64,000 bases of DNA, taken from Phallusia mammillata (lineage: Eukaryota). Below, piece by piece: positions 31,800 through 43,180 of the stretch. Within the stretch, counting starts at the first letter, position 1. Each line of letters starts with the position of its first letter. A program made the translations under genes and the position numbers. The stretch spans positions 9,486,001 through 9,550,000 of the forward strand of contig OZ281498.1 in assembly GCA_965637545.1 (NCBI GenBank). Direction: 5' to 3'. The notes under the pieces were generated by a model that saw only the letters and a list, made by a program, of their open reading frames with translations, did not search any database and was not told the origin of the DNA.

Positions 31800-33050
31800 T
31801 CTAGCGCCCAGTAGCGAGATGTTTCTTTTAATTTCGTATACCAGCAGGTGACGAAAGGGAGCTATTGGGGTTTGTGCGCACCGGCTGCAAAACACAAGCA
31901 CTGATCTAGCATATCCAGTCCGTGAACTCGAGTGAGTTCATCACATGTTTGTGTCCCTGTGGAACGGGCCGCAACCATACGGTGGTTATAAAACTCAAGG
32001 AAACGAGCCTAAAGAATTTTCGCTGTCACGTGATCACCGCAGTAGTTTGACCTCGCCAGTAGTCGGCCACATCCTCATAAAACGCGTTATTAGGTTGACG
32101 CTTATGTACGTTTTGGTGATTTTTTTTTCGTTTTGGAGCAGCTACACCCCTAGCTTAATGGCGGTCGTTGCTTGAAGTTGTGAACCTAGTTTGTGCTTAA
32201 TTTGCTTGTTAAAGCTTTTGAGTTTTTAACAAATGATTTCTTGCAGAATTTCCTCAAAGCGTTGCAAAGCAACCAAGAACAGAAGGACTGCTGAAGAGAA
32301 TCTAAAAGGTCGGTAGAAATATAACAGCTGCTAATGCTGTTGCAAAAATCATATAAGAGTAGCAACCAGTTTGTTCTTGGTGCAAATCAAGTCATTGAAC
32401 TGTTCCAATTCGCTGCAAACAGCTACAAAATTAGCGTTTCCTAGAGCGCTGTGCGTATTGTCCCGGCCGCGGTACAGCGGACCTGTTTACGTCGAGCCGA
32501 TATCACGCCACATGTCACGTGACTAAGTTTAATTGACACGTGTTTCCTTGCTGATCTCCGTTTCGCGTTGTGAGCCGTTTGCCTTACAATGCCTGCAAAA
32601 ACTTCGGTAGGTTTCCTGGTCAGCTAAATGTGGGCGTTCATACTCTGTACAGGCAAAAGGGGAAATGTTCATACTGCAGTTACTGTAACATTTGCATACA
32701 ACGTTGTAACAATGCTGCATTGTCTCATCACTGACATATGCTCAGTGTTGGTTTCATTGTTTTCGGATTGCCTAGGGCCAGAGTAAGGGTATGACCAAAA
32801 AAGTGCATAGCGATTAAAAACAGCGTACGGAACAGCTTGCTTTCATTTCTACAGTATCTGAAAATTCTTTGTTGTTATTGCCCTTTATTTGCAACCAACC
32901 GTGCACGTAATGCTATTTATCGCCTAATGTGGATTTCGTCGAATTTTGGCTGCAACCGGCTTCCTCGGTACACAGCGACGAGCGCGCGTTCTATCCTGTT
33001 ATTGCCGATTCTGATTGGTCCGCGCTTATCACGTGATATAAGTTTGTTTT
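31800..33050. promoter_or_regulatory. Promoter-like CpG-rich region with three TCACGTGA and a CCAAT box
   Basis: TCACGTGA at 32026, 32515 and 33029; CTGATTGGT at about 33011; elevated CpG; no recognisable CDS. Confidence 0.5.
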
Positions 33051-36000
33051 TGCTGGACGAATCGCCTGTGACTGTAGTTGCAGCTAGTTTTATTGAATAT
33101 TCATTCTTGCACTAGTCATGTTAGAAGTTGTTGATGTATCACTTTGAATTTGAACTACACCTTGGATATGTAATTTTCTTTTGTAGCAATATACACATCT
33201 TTTACAAATTCAGCAAGAGTGGAATCCCTGGAAATTCATCTTAAGCTGTTTTGAGGCGTGAAGTTTTTTATTTGTCTACCCAAATATTTGACTTTTTTGA
33301 TAGACTAACTTTGTACAATTCTGCAAAAAGGTGTGCCACAACAGAGAAAAAAATCAAACCATTTTTAGTTCAAAAATAAGAGTGTTTATATATACTCTTT
33401 CATTCAAAGTGTGTTTGTAATCATTTCAAATTTAGGAACACTAGACAACAAACTAACATCTATGGGTTGATCATCACAACGATTTGCTGAAACGTCTGAA
33501 TCAAAATGCATTTGCTCTAAATCTTGCAAGTTTTTTTTTTCAGTCAAGCTTTGCAAACATGTTGAGAACCATCTTAAAAAAAACATTGTCTTGCAAAGTA
33601 AAGCCTTGATAGATGATTGTTTGTTTGACTTTTATGTCCTAACCGGCTTGCGGCCGCTATACACAATACAAAGCGGTGAGGCTTGCGTGACCAGCGCACG
33701 TACTAATAATCCACAATGTCGTTGACACTATAGCGTAGACGCTTTGACTTGTGTTGTCACGTCCGTGTTTGTCGCCGGTTTAGACTCTCTTCGGCCTTTT
33801 ACTTAAATTACATGTTTTGTGTTGCATTATCTAACTCGCGTGAGGCTTGTTAGAGATTGTTAGGCAACTGTTTTTTTATTTGTTGATAGAAAGACATTCA
33901 TCAGTCAGCAAACTACTCGCTTTTATGTCAACTTTAATGTTGTACACATTTCGAGATTTTGTAATTTTAAATGTTGTCACTATTTTAAAATCTATCTTAT
34001 GTCGTGGGATAAAACAAATTGTGCAATCCTGGCGGTAGCCCCTATCGATGGGTGTTTTGTAAAAAATAAATGGGCGATACACTGCAATGTCTTGGTTCAT
34101 TTTACGTCTTTGCCAAATAATTAAATAGGGCGTTGTAGTATAACAGTTTAAGCCTTCCTGTAAAACGAAAGGTGTAAGGTAAAGTAACCAACTAACTGAT
34201 CCCAGCAGTCACCCAAACGGTAAAGTGTTGTCTAAACTCTAAATCAACATCCAACATGTCAAATCATTGTTATGGGCTTTGCAATTCGTCCTTCAAATGA
34301 CACAGAAGAGTCACGCTGTTGGGTCAATAGCCGCCTTGTAGAGTACTCGTGGCGAATGGAGCTGATTAGCGGCAAGCAAGGGTCGGTGAATGTGTACTTG
34401 CTGACGCGAAATGCGTCATGGCTCCTTGCTCGAGTGCCATCCAATCTCTGGACCAAGTGATCCATATTGATATTGTGTTTTGTCACTAGCGCTGCTGCAA
34501 AGAAGGTTCCTTCAGCCACGCCCTTCCTGGTGAAGAGTAGATATTTTGAGATATACTATGGGTTGCCTTCCTTTTCCACGAGTAGGGTATGAATACTTTT
34601 CACTTTTCTTCGTCAAACTGTGGTGTGTTTGTCCTTTCGGTAACTTGCTTTAGTTTGGCTACGTGAAAATTGCCTTAAGGCAGCTATTACCTAATTTTTC
34701 ACCACTTGGTGACGCTATATCCCAGCTCAATTTCCCAATGTTGATCTCATTAAATAAGTCACTACCTGTAGTTAAAAAAAAATCATGAGGCCATCGGTTC
34801 CAAACCGTAAATGGCCCTTTCAGCGTCGACGAGTGTTCAATGTCAGGTACAGAGTGTTGCAGCTGGGGCAAATTTCGAATTCATTCTGGGTATTTACATT
34901 TCCTGAATGACCCAGCGGCCGCCGCTTGACACTTTACAATGACACATTCATTCAATTTGTGTCTCATTCATTGCTCACGTGTTCAATTGGAATTCAATAG
35001 CATCTGCTAATAGATTGAACTCAAGCGTCTATGACTGTTTCTGTCCATTTAAAGTAACGACCCTGAATTGCTTTGTATACACTTGCTGTGTACGTTATGA
35101 TGTAATGATGGCTGGGTGTATCTATGTGAAATACTGTAATGGTGTGGATACCAATGTGATATGTCCTCGAGGTGTATGTCTGTTTCTGTCCATTTAAAGT
35201 AACGAATTGTTTGAGTGTACATTTTGTCTTTAGGTCATGATGTAATTTTAATGTAAAATAACACGCTGCCAATGTAAAATTACCTCTTGGTGTAAGACCA
35301 TTTTTGCCCATATGAAACTTGTTGAGTTTGTATTGTGTACATTTGCTCTGTAGACAGTGGTGCAATGCTTGAAGTATACGCTACAATACTGAAAGGGTTA
35401 TGGTTTTCTTTTAACGGGACATGATGTAATTGTTTAGTTTGGCGTATTGCACAGTATTGAATATCACCCACGTAGACTTTCTCCATGTTGTGCGCTGAAA
35501 GTTCCCCACTTGTGTAGGGCAACATGTGACATTATATCATTCTCTGCACTCCAAAACCTGAAGTACTTTCCTCTCACATCGCCCGGTAGCGGTCCCTTTG
35601 TTTCAGCGGCGCATCTAAGAACACAGGTTTTATCACGTACCGCCGGCTCAATAGGTTTGCACTTGGGCCGGCATTTAAAACGAGCAACTAGAGTCGGTGT
35701 CTCGTCACCTCATACCCCTGTCCGGCCGTTCCAAACCGGCTTCTCACACTTCGACATGTCGGGCTAGGCGCAACCCAACACCACTGTAACCCTGTCCGTC
35801 GAACAAACGAGCATTGTATCATGATTGCGAGCACCTTTATCGCTTCGCCCACGGTTTATGCGCCGTTTTAGCAACGATAGTCTGATTTTGTGGACAGTTT
35901 ATTTGTTTTTACCACTGATTGTTGGTGCTACGAGACCGCTGCTTGCTTAGCCGTAATAGAATACACACTTTGACGTCACTACGTGTTGTGTGGCTTTCAA

Positions 36001-37880
36001 TTTATGCGTGTTAGGTTGCCGATAATGCCACGCAAAGACCTGTTAACACGACGAGGCGATATAAATAGCTCTTGTTGATTAACCGAACACGTAAAGCTTG
36101 TGTTGCTGTTATTTAGTTACATGATTTGCAGTTTTGCTCAAAACATGTAGTGGCGACAGGCCATTCATTTCTGACTTTCGAGAAATTAACGAAATGTCAT
36201 TTGTTCGTGCGAATTTTTGAACGGAATACCGGCTCCTGCGTAAATAAGTTCTTTAGCGGCTTTAAACAACATAAGCGAGGTTATGACCTAACTGGAAACG
36301 GCGTAAGACTGTCATGTGTTGTGTCACCATGTATGCGGACCAAACACTCGATTTCCAAACGAGGGTCCAACGGTTAAGTACCCACCTTAGGCTCTCCTTC
36401 ACCGGCGAAAACCATTCAAGACGCAACCGCAACACAAGTGGGGGCGCTAGAGCACCATCAAGCAGGCCACTCTCATTTGTCGTTGGCACTCGAAACGCCG
36501 GCAAATCTGCTTTGTAACACTTGTGCCACGGCCCAAGACCCCCCCTTGACTGTTCTTTGCCCTGCAGACCACACAAGCACCGCCCTGTGTTCATTTATCA
36601 CACAACCAACGCTGCAAACCTGTGTCCCTGCAGGTATTCTGCACATGGGGTAGATTTGCATGCAAGGGAATGATAGGCAATACTTCGGCATCCGCTTGCT
36701 GCACGAAGCTAATTTACCCCGTGCAATAAAGGAAGTGCCTTCTTGTCGTACAGGCAAGGCAAGCCGACTGAAGAAAGGGTTTGGCGCGATCAGCTGATGC
36801 ATTTTTTTTTCGAGGGCGTAGCTAAGTACGGGGTAATTACACACTCGTTGAAGCGAAATCTCATAACAAAAGCAGATTTTTCATGTATTTGGTTCCTATC
36901 TGGCCTGTCCAAGTCGTTTTACTGCGAGAATGGGAGCTGGCGCCAGGTTTACCGGCATGTCACATGACTGCGTGGGCATGAACGTTTCCCCTGCCTCGTA
37001 AATGTACGCAGTTTTGGATTAATCGCTAACAATTACGTAATTTTACAACCAGTTTATTTGCTGCTGCCGTTTGAATTGCACATTTTTTTATTGTTGTTGG
37101 CAAATTTTCCCGAAGTTTGGCTGAAATTACCGAAAAATATAGTGTTTTATCTCCCAGTCTGGCAATAGTTACCGAAAATCACTTAAGAACATATTTTCAT
37201 AACTGTGGTAATCCCTGAAACGACCAGGCCACACTTATGTAAAAATCTAGATGCTCCTAGCCTACGCCTTGCCATATGACCATGCTTGGTGACCGACTGA
37301 TGCCTTCAATAGGGCTGGCGTGCTATGATAGTTACCGAAGAATGATGTATTTTTGTCCAAAATAAAGCAAAATATCTAAAAACGATTTGTCATCTGATTT
37401 CACCTTTGTATAGTTCATGTTGATGGACTCTTTAAGTCTCAAGAGTCCTCTTTCCCAAATCTAAATTTAGAATCTCAAGTCCAGATTTAACCACGGCGGT
37501 ATCTTATTTCAGCGAGCAAAAATGTTGTGTAGGGGTTGCGTTGTGCTTTGCAAACTTGTTGCCCGGCAACTGTTATCAAATCTCCGCGGCTTGTGCAGTT
37601 TCCTGTTAGCACTTGACAACGATTGACAGCATTGAATGCAGGACACTCCATCCATCTGCTTGCTGTAAACATTATCTGAAGAGTTGTTCTCAAAACGGAG
37701 TAGTTTTCTCTCGTTTTGTGAAGATATTTCCTTCGCTCGTCAATGGGTTTGAGGTGTCAGAGCAAAAAAATGCCCCAAATATCCTAAACTTGGTTTCAAC
37801 AGAATAATATAATCAAATTTAAAGATATATAGGTGTAACTCAAGTGTTTATAAACGGATGTGACTGATGTGGCCTTCTTA

Positions 37881-37918
37881 TCACTGATGATGGCATGAAC
37901 ATTTGCCGAAACGTTTGA
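37881..37918 (+). ncRNA. Minimal hammerhead ribozyme motif of Penelope-like type
   Basis: TCA-CTGATGA-T-GGCA-tgaacatt-TGCC-GAAA-CGTT-TGA: catalytic core, 4-bp helix II, palindromic ACGT in place of helix III, TCA/TGA helix I. Confidence 0.6.
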
Positions 37919-39437
37919 AAAATAAAGCATTTACGTCTATTTAGGCCGTGATTTTCACCATTAAACTTATAAACAGATCCGCATATAGTGTTCCAAATTT
38001 AAAGAGTTCAGTAGTATTTTGGCGGATAATTGTAGCTGCAAAAACATCAGTTATCACATGTACACTCTTTTGAAGGGTTTAAAAACAACTGACGGAAGCT
38101 AATTGCAGATTACCCGCAAAACAGTAGGAAACAATAACATGTTTTCGCCGTGCTTTTGGCGCGCTAATTGAACCTCGGTGGTAGTTCGCCGGGTCTCCCA
38201 AACTCGGGCGGCTGCCAAAACAGACAGCCAGCGCCAAGTCACGTGACTGCCAGTCAATATTTATGGCCGGTTTTTTGTTTTCGCCCCCTCTGGATCGTTC
38301 GGGATGCGCAAAATAACACGGCTGTTCTCTCCTTTTGCAAAGGCCGCCATTGTTTGACCTTTCACCCTCGCAGACCTTTGTTGGGTGCTAGGGTACAGTG
38401 CGGGACTTGTTTCTTATTGTCTGGAAGTGATGGACGCTTGTGATTCGGCGGAACGGTGGGATAAAGACTAGAAGTGCGCGATGACGTTAGCTTCGAAAGC
38501 CCTTGTTTGCTCACACAGGCAAGGCGTTCTACGCACATTGCGCATCCGTTCTAAGTTCTTTTGTTTTCAACTGTTCGCAAGCGTCATATGTTCGCCGAAC
38601 CGTAAGGAATATTGTTCCAGCTGGTTTGTTATGGCAAAATGCCAATTGGAATAAACATGATTGTGTGTTTTGTGCGGGTCAGTTCTAAACGAGTTCCGAG
38701 CAGCCAACCGCCAAACACGTTTTTTCAACCTTAAACTTGATATATTCAAGCCAAAACAACAGTTTTAGTAATCATTCAAAAAATACATAGAAGTGCCTGA
38801 TTCAACTTTGCAACGCTAAAACCAATGGACGTTAAAACTCTCAAAAAGGGGAAACAGTCAAAAGTTATGTTTGAATACACTACACACCGTTTTAACTGGA
38901 ACATTCTGCCATGTTTTAACCAAAGGTTTTATTGTATATGTGTTCCTGGATTTTGACATGATGATTGGTCATTACCATCGAAAAAAGTTTCACACCTTTT
39001 TGTTTAAACCCACTTTAAAAATGCAAATCCAGGTTAGGTAACAAACACTATGAGTTCAAACAGGATGTTTATCGCTTGAAACAGGCACCGACGTTTTGCC
39101 ATAGGATGTTTGCTACAGTTTAAGCTTCCACCTTCGGTCCCGCTCTGCTGGTCTGTTTACCGATGACGCCAACCGTCCCTCGCCCTATTCTCTTCACAGG
39201 CAAATGTCCTGAGAGTCTCACAAAACGATCAACACAACAACAGACTTGGCAATAACATTTGAACGCGCGCCACCGGTTTGTTTGTTGGTGAGTTTATAAT
39301 ATCCTTTATGTTGCATCAACTTTGCCCTGTTGGTTAAAAATTAGCGCTTAAAATTATATCAGTTGCCGCCAATATACTACATCACGTGAATTTATGTCAG
39401 CAAGTTCACAATGAGTTTGGTAACTAAAACACCAAAA

Positions 39438-39540
39438 TCCCAGTTTGTTAATTAGTTTTGTGACATTTGCTAAAATCTGTGTTAAATGACTCCCAATTTG
39501 TTAATTAGTTTTGTGACATTGCCAAAACGTTTGTTAAATA
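39438..39540. repeat. Tandem duplication, unit about 53 bp
   Basis: TTTGTTAATTAGTTTTGTGACATT occurs twice in register. Confidence 0.85.
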
Positions 39541-42500
39541 AAATAAAGCCGCCTTGAAAGCTGTAAGGATAAATTATATTTATGACTTTAGTTTGTTTCT
39601 TTATTGTGGAATAAATAGGTTGTAAAACCAGCATTTGTAACCGTGTGTCAGTTTAACCTATATAGCATCTTGGTTTATTTTGCCGATCTGCTCCACTGTG
39701 GTGCAAACATGCTGCAGCAAATCATGGTCAAACCCCATTTCTTTGTCTTGCCTCTCACTTCTTCGACGCAACAAAGCCCTGTGTGTTTGCACAACCCTGC
39801 TCACCCCCTCTTGTCATTGTTGCCTTTGCCCTCCTCGGATGACGCACAACGAGCACGCGTTCGCTTTGTCCGGGCTCACCGGGCATCAACAAACCACCGG
39901 GCCATGTTATTACCCAACTGTCACGTGACCGAGCATCACGGTGACGTGGTGTTTTTGTCGTTGCCAGTGTTCGCATTGAATTGGCATCAGTACCCGCAAT
40001 TGCTTTGAATCTCACTTGTGTTCCACTCTCGGCTCTTGACTCTCTGTCCGTTGATGAGCTTTGGTCGACAATCGATCACTCTTCAATCTGGAGTACCCGC
40101 TTCTCTGTGCCAAAGCTCACCCGCGATTCGCAATCAAATGTTACATCGAGGGTTGGAAACTACCGATTTGGGCGTAAGACACTTTGCCGACCCATTCGTG
40201 TGTTAACATGTTAACTTCGGGCAGGAACTTGAAATGGTCCAGGGCGCCTGATCCATATACAAACATCAAAAAAACTTTGATCTGGATTCGTCTTTGGCAG
40301 AGTCTTTGCTTCGTGAAAAACAATGTTTTCTCAACTGCGGGTCCTAAAATTCGAACGAGTCAATGAAAGGCATCCACGATCGTCTTACGACATACATTTT
40401 TTTTTCAATTTTTTAAAGTTAACTCCACAAAAGTTTTTCGGAGGGCGAACCCGGTCTGAGATCTGAAAGGTTGGAAAACAGTAAATTTGAGCTTGATTGT
40501 CAATGCCTTTAGCATATGTTGTGTTCGAGCATGGGGGACCACAACCCATTCTATCAATAGTTGCAGGTCAACATCCAGGTTTTGTCTGGCCTTGGATTAA
40601 GTCTATATTTAGGCCCAAAATCTATTACGTTGAATACGGGACTGTAGTTGAGTTGTTTGTTCATTACGATGCCAAAACTGCTTGTTCGGTCTGGACGAAC
40701 AAATAAACAGATTTAACAGTTCCCAGATAGAGTCGTGGACTTTGGCATTTGATTTCTAGCGTTCCGTGCGTTCTTGACTTTTTGACCGCAAGCCGGTTAA
40801 ATTAAAAAAAAATCTAATTTTACGAACGTGTTTGACAACTATTCTTTTCAGGTCTTTCAGTTTTGTAAACCAATACCATTTCTCCATCAGTCGTCTCCAA
40901 TTTCGGCGCCTCTATTGCTTTTTGGCACGTACAACTAACCCATTGGCCTCAATTTGTCATTACATTCGCACACATGGTGGTGGTAAATATACTTTGAGCC
41001 CCCTGACATGATCACACTGCTTCCACGCACCAAACTCGTGGAAACCTCGACTTCTTGTTGTTGTTTTCACGAAGCGACCACGCCGTAAGTTCGTGTCTTC
41101 GATCAGCGCTTGGGAAGTCAGCTGGCGAATTTCACGCTTGAACGCGGCAGCTCTCAGCCAATCAGATCGCTTTATGTTTGTGTTGTTTTGGCTGTGGTTT
41201 TTAGGGGACTCCTATTACTATCAACCAGTGAAAATATATTCGCTGTAACAACTGGTCTGGCTTTATTTTTTTGTGTTCACATTTTTGACAAGCTTTTTGC
41301 GGGGTTGAGTTACGACATTCTGAAATAGTTGACTTGCATTTTGTTGTGATCTGCAAAACAATCGCTTAAAGGCTTGTAGTTGGGTTCAACGTACCGCGTC
41401 TGCATTTCGCTGTCGCCACTTCATGCATATACTCTGGCTTCCACCATACTTTAACAGTTTTGGTGCAAGTCGATGACATGTTTTGGAAACCTAACTAACC
41501 GTTTTTGAGCGATTTGACAAGGTCACCAGCATATTTTAGAGAAATCTCTGTTTAATCAAAGTGTTTTTCAAATCCAACAATCAACCCCAATTAAAACATG
41601 CTTTGGCACATCTTACTACGCATGAGTTTGTGTTCCGACAACCGAACATTATTAAGTTTACTAGAAACTTCTACAACGCATAAAGGAGGAACGTTAGTAG
41701 CTTGGACCCTCCCAAGAATATACCCAGCTTGGAGAGAACGAAGAAGAAGTGATTTTGCCACTGGGCAACTTACGCTTTTTATTTTGAGAAGAATGCCATT
41801 TCTTGTTGAACTTATTATTTGGTTCTTAGCTACAGAACGTCACAATTTCTGTTCCTGCAACAGTGCCAAAAATGTCTAACGTGCGTCAATCGAGTTGCAT
41901 GGTAACAGCCGGCGTTAACCTTCATCTCTTCCTGGCAACAGAACGTCAAATTTTGACAGTTTAACGACGTCTCTGAAATATTGGGACGGGATTTTACACG
42001 ATTTTGCAGGTGGTTTATGAAACGTAGTCTAATCCATTTATTTTGTGACAATTGTGTTGTTGCTGTTTTCAAAGAAGGGTAAATACCATAGTGAAATTTT
42101 CCCAATGTGAAGTAGCCAGCATGTTAAGTGTGAAGTAGCCAGTATGTATCAGTATAAAACGTATAAAGGTCAGCCCAAGACAAAACTGTTTGATTATAAT
42201 GCAATCCAGACACATTTTCGCTTTGTTTGACTAAAAAACAACAAATGCAAAAGCGCCGAAAACGGCAATTTTTTTTTCTCTTTTACAAATTGTTTTCATG
42301 CTTTCAATCCTTTTCTGTTGCGTCCTAAAGTCTTCGTGGTAAGTGGCCCGAAACCAGTGTAATGCTTCCTAAACGACCCCGTGATGTACTTGTTTTTCTG
42401 TGTATCGTCCCGCTGGTGACAAAGCTAAGACTGTTTCTTGCCACCAGAACGGCCTTCGATCAACACGGGCTACTCAGAAAAACCGAGGAAGAGGCTGTTC

Positions 42501-42950
42501 GCATCCCTCGTGTGAATATTCACTAGTTTTTGTGCCCATTTGGGATTTTTCCAGCTTCCCTGATCCAGAGCATTAGAGGCAGCATTGAAAAACAGGATGT
42601 TTTTCGAAAATATTTGCCGAAACATACGGTTTTAGTGCATGCACTCAGTTGATGTGCGGCATAGTGCCCAATATTTTATCATGTTGAATTTTATCGGGGT
42701 TGATCTTACTGTAATAAAGGGACAACGTCTCATAACGTGTGTATTCCTTTTCACAGCGCCCTAGCCTGGTACAAAACCATCTTGAAAAACGCAAACTTAT
42801 CACGTGACCAACCTTTAACGCCATACAACCGTTGTTTTCTTCAAATTTGTCACTTACATTAAAACAAGAATCTTTATGTATAGTTGACAACGCTACGCGC
42901 GTTGTTGTGTCGTGCACAAAAACCTTTTGTTCAGACTTTGACGCGAAGTG

Positions 42951-43180
42951 TTTTTTTCCGTGTATGTAACATAGAAATCATATTACGAATTAGCGTTGAT
43001 TTCTATGGATGTATCTGAAACTGTTTTACACGACGGGAAAGTATGACGTTCATCAAGTTCTTTTTGCGTCTTTTTCTGTGTATATCTCATAGAAATCATA
43101 TTTCATTTCGGTGTGTATTTGTATACATTTCTATGGCGAGGAAATATGACGTTTAACAGGTTTTATGTTTCTTTTTTCCC
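42951..43180. repeat. Degenerate tandem duplication (units about 110-120 bp), each unit with an inverted repeat
   Basis: CATAGAAAT...ATTTCTATG...ATGACGTT occurs in both units. Confidence 0.75.

Noticed and set aside
32620-32731. Minus-strand GTGATGA...CTGA with a 9-nt complement to a 28S rRNA segment (GCGUUCAUA)
   Set aside because: No terminal stem, and the complementary stretch is not adjacent to a D or D' box.
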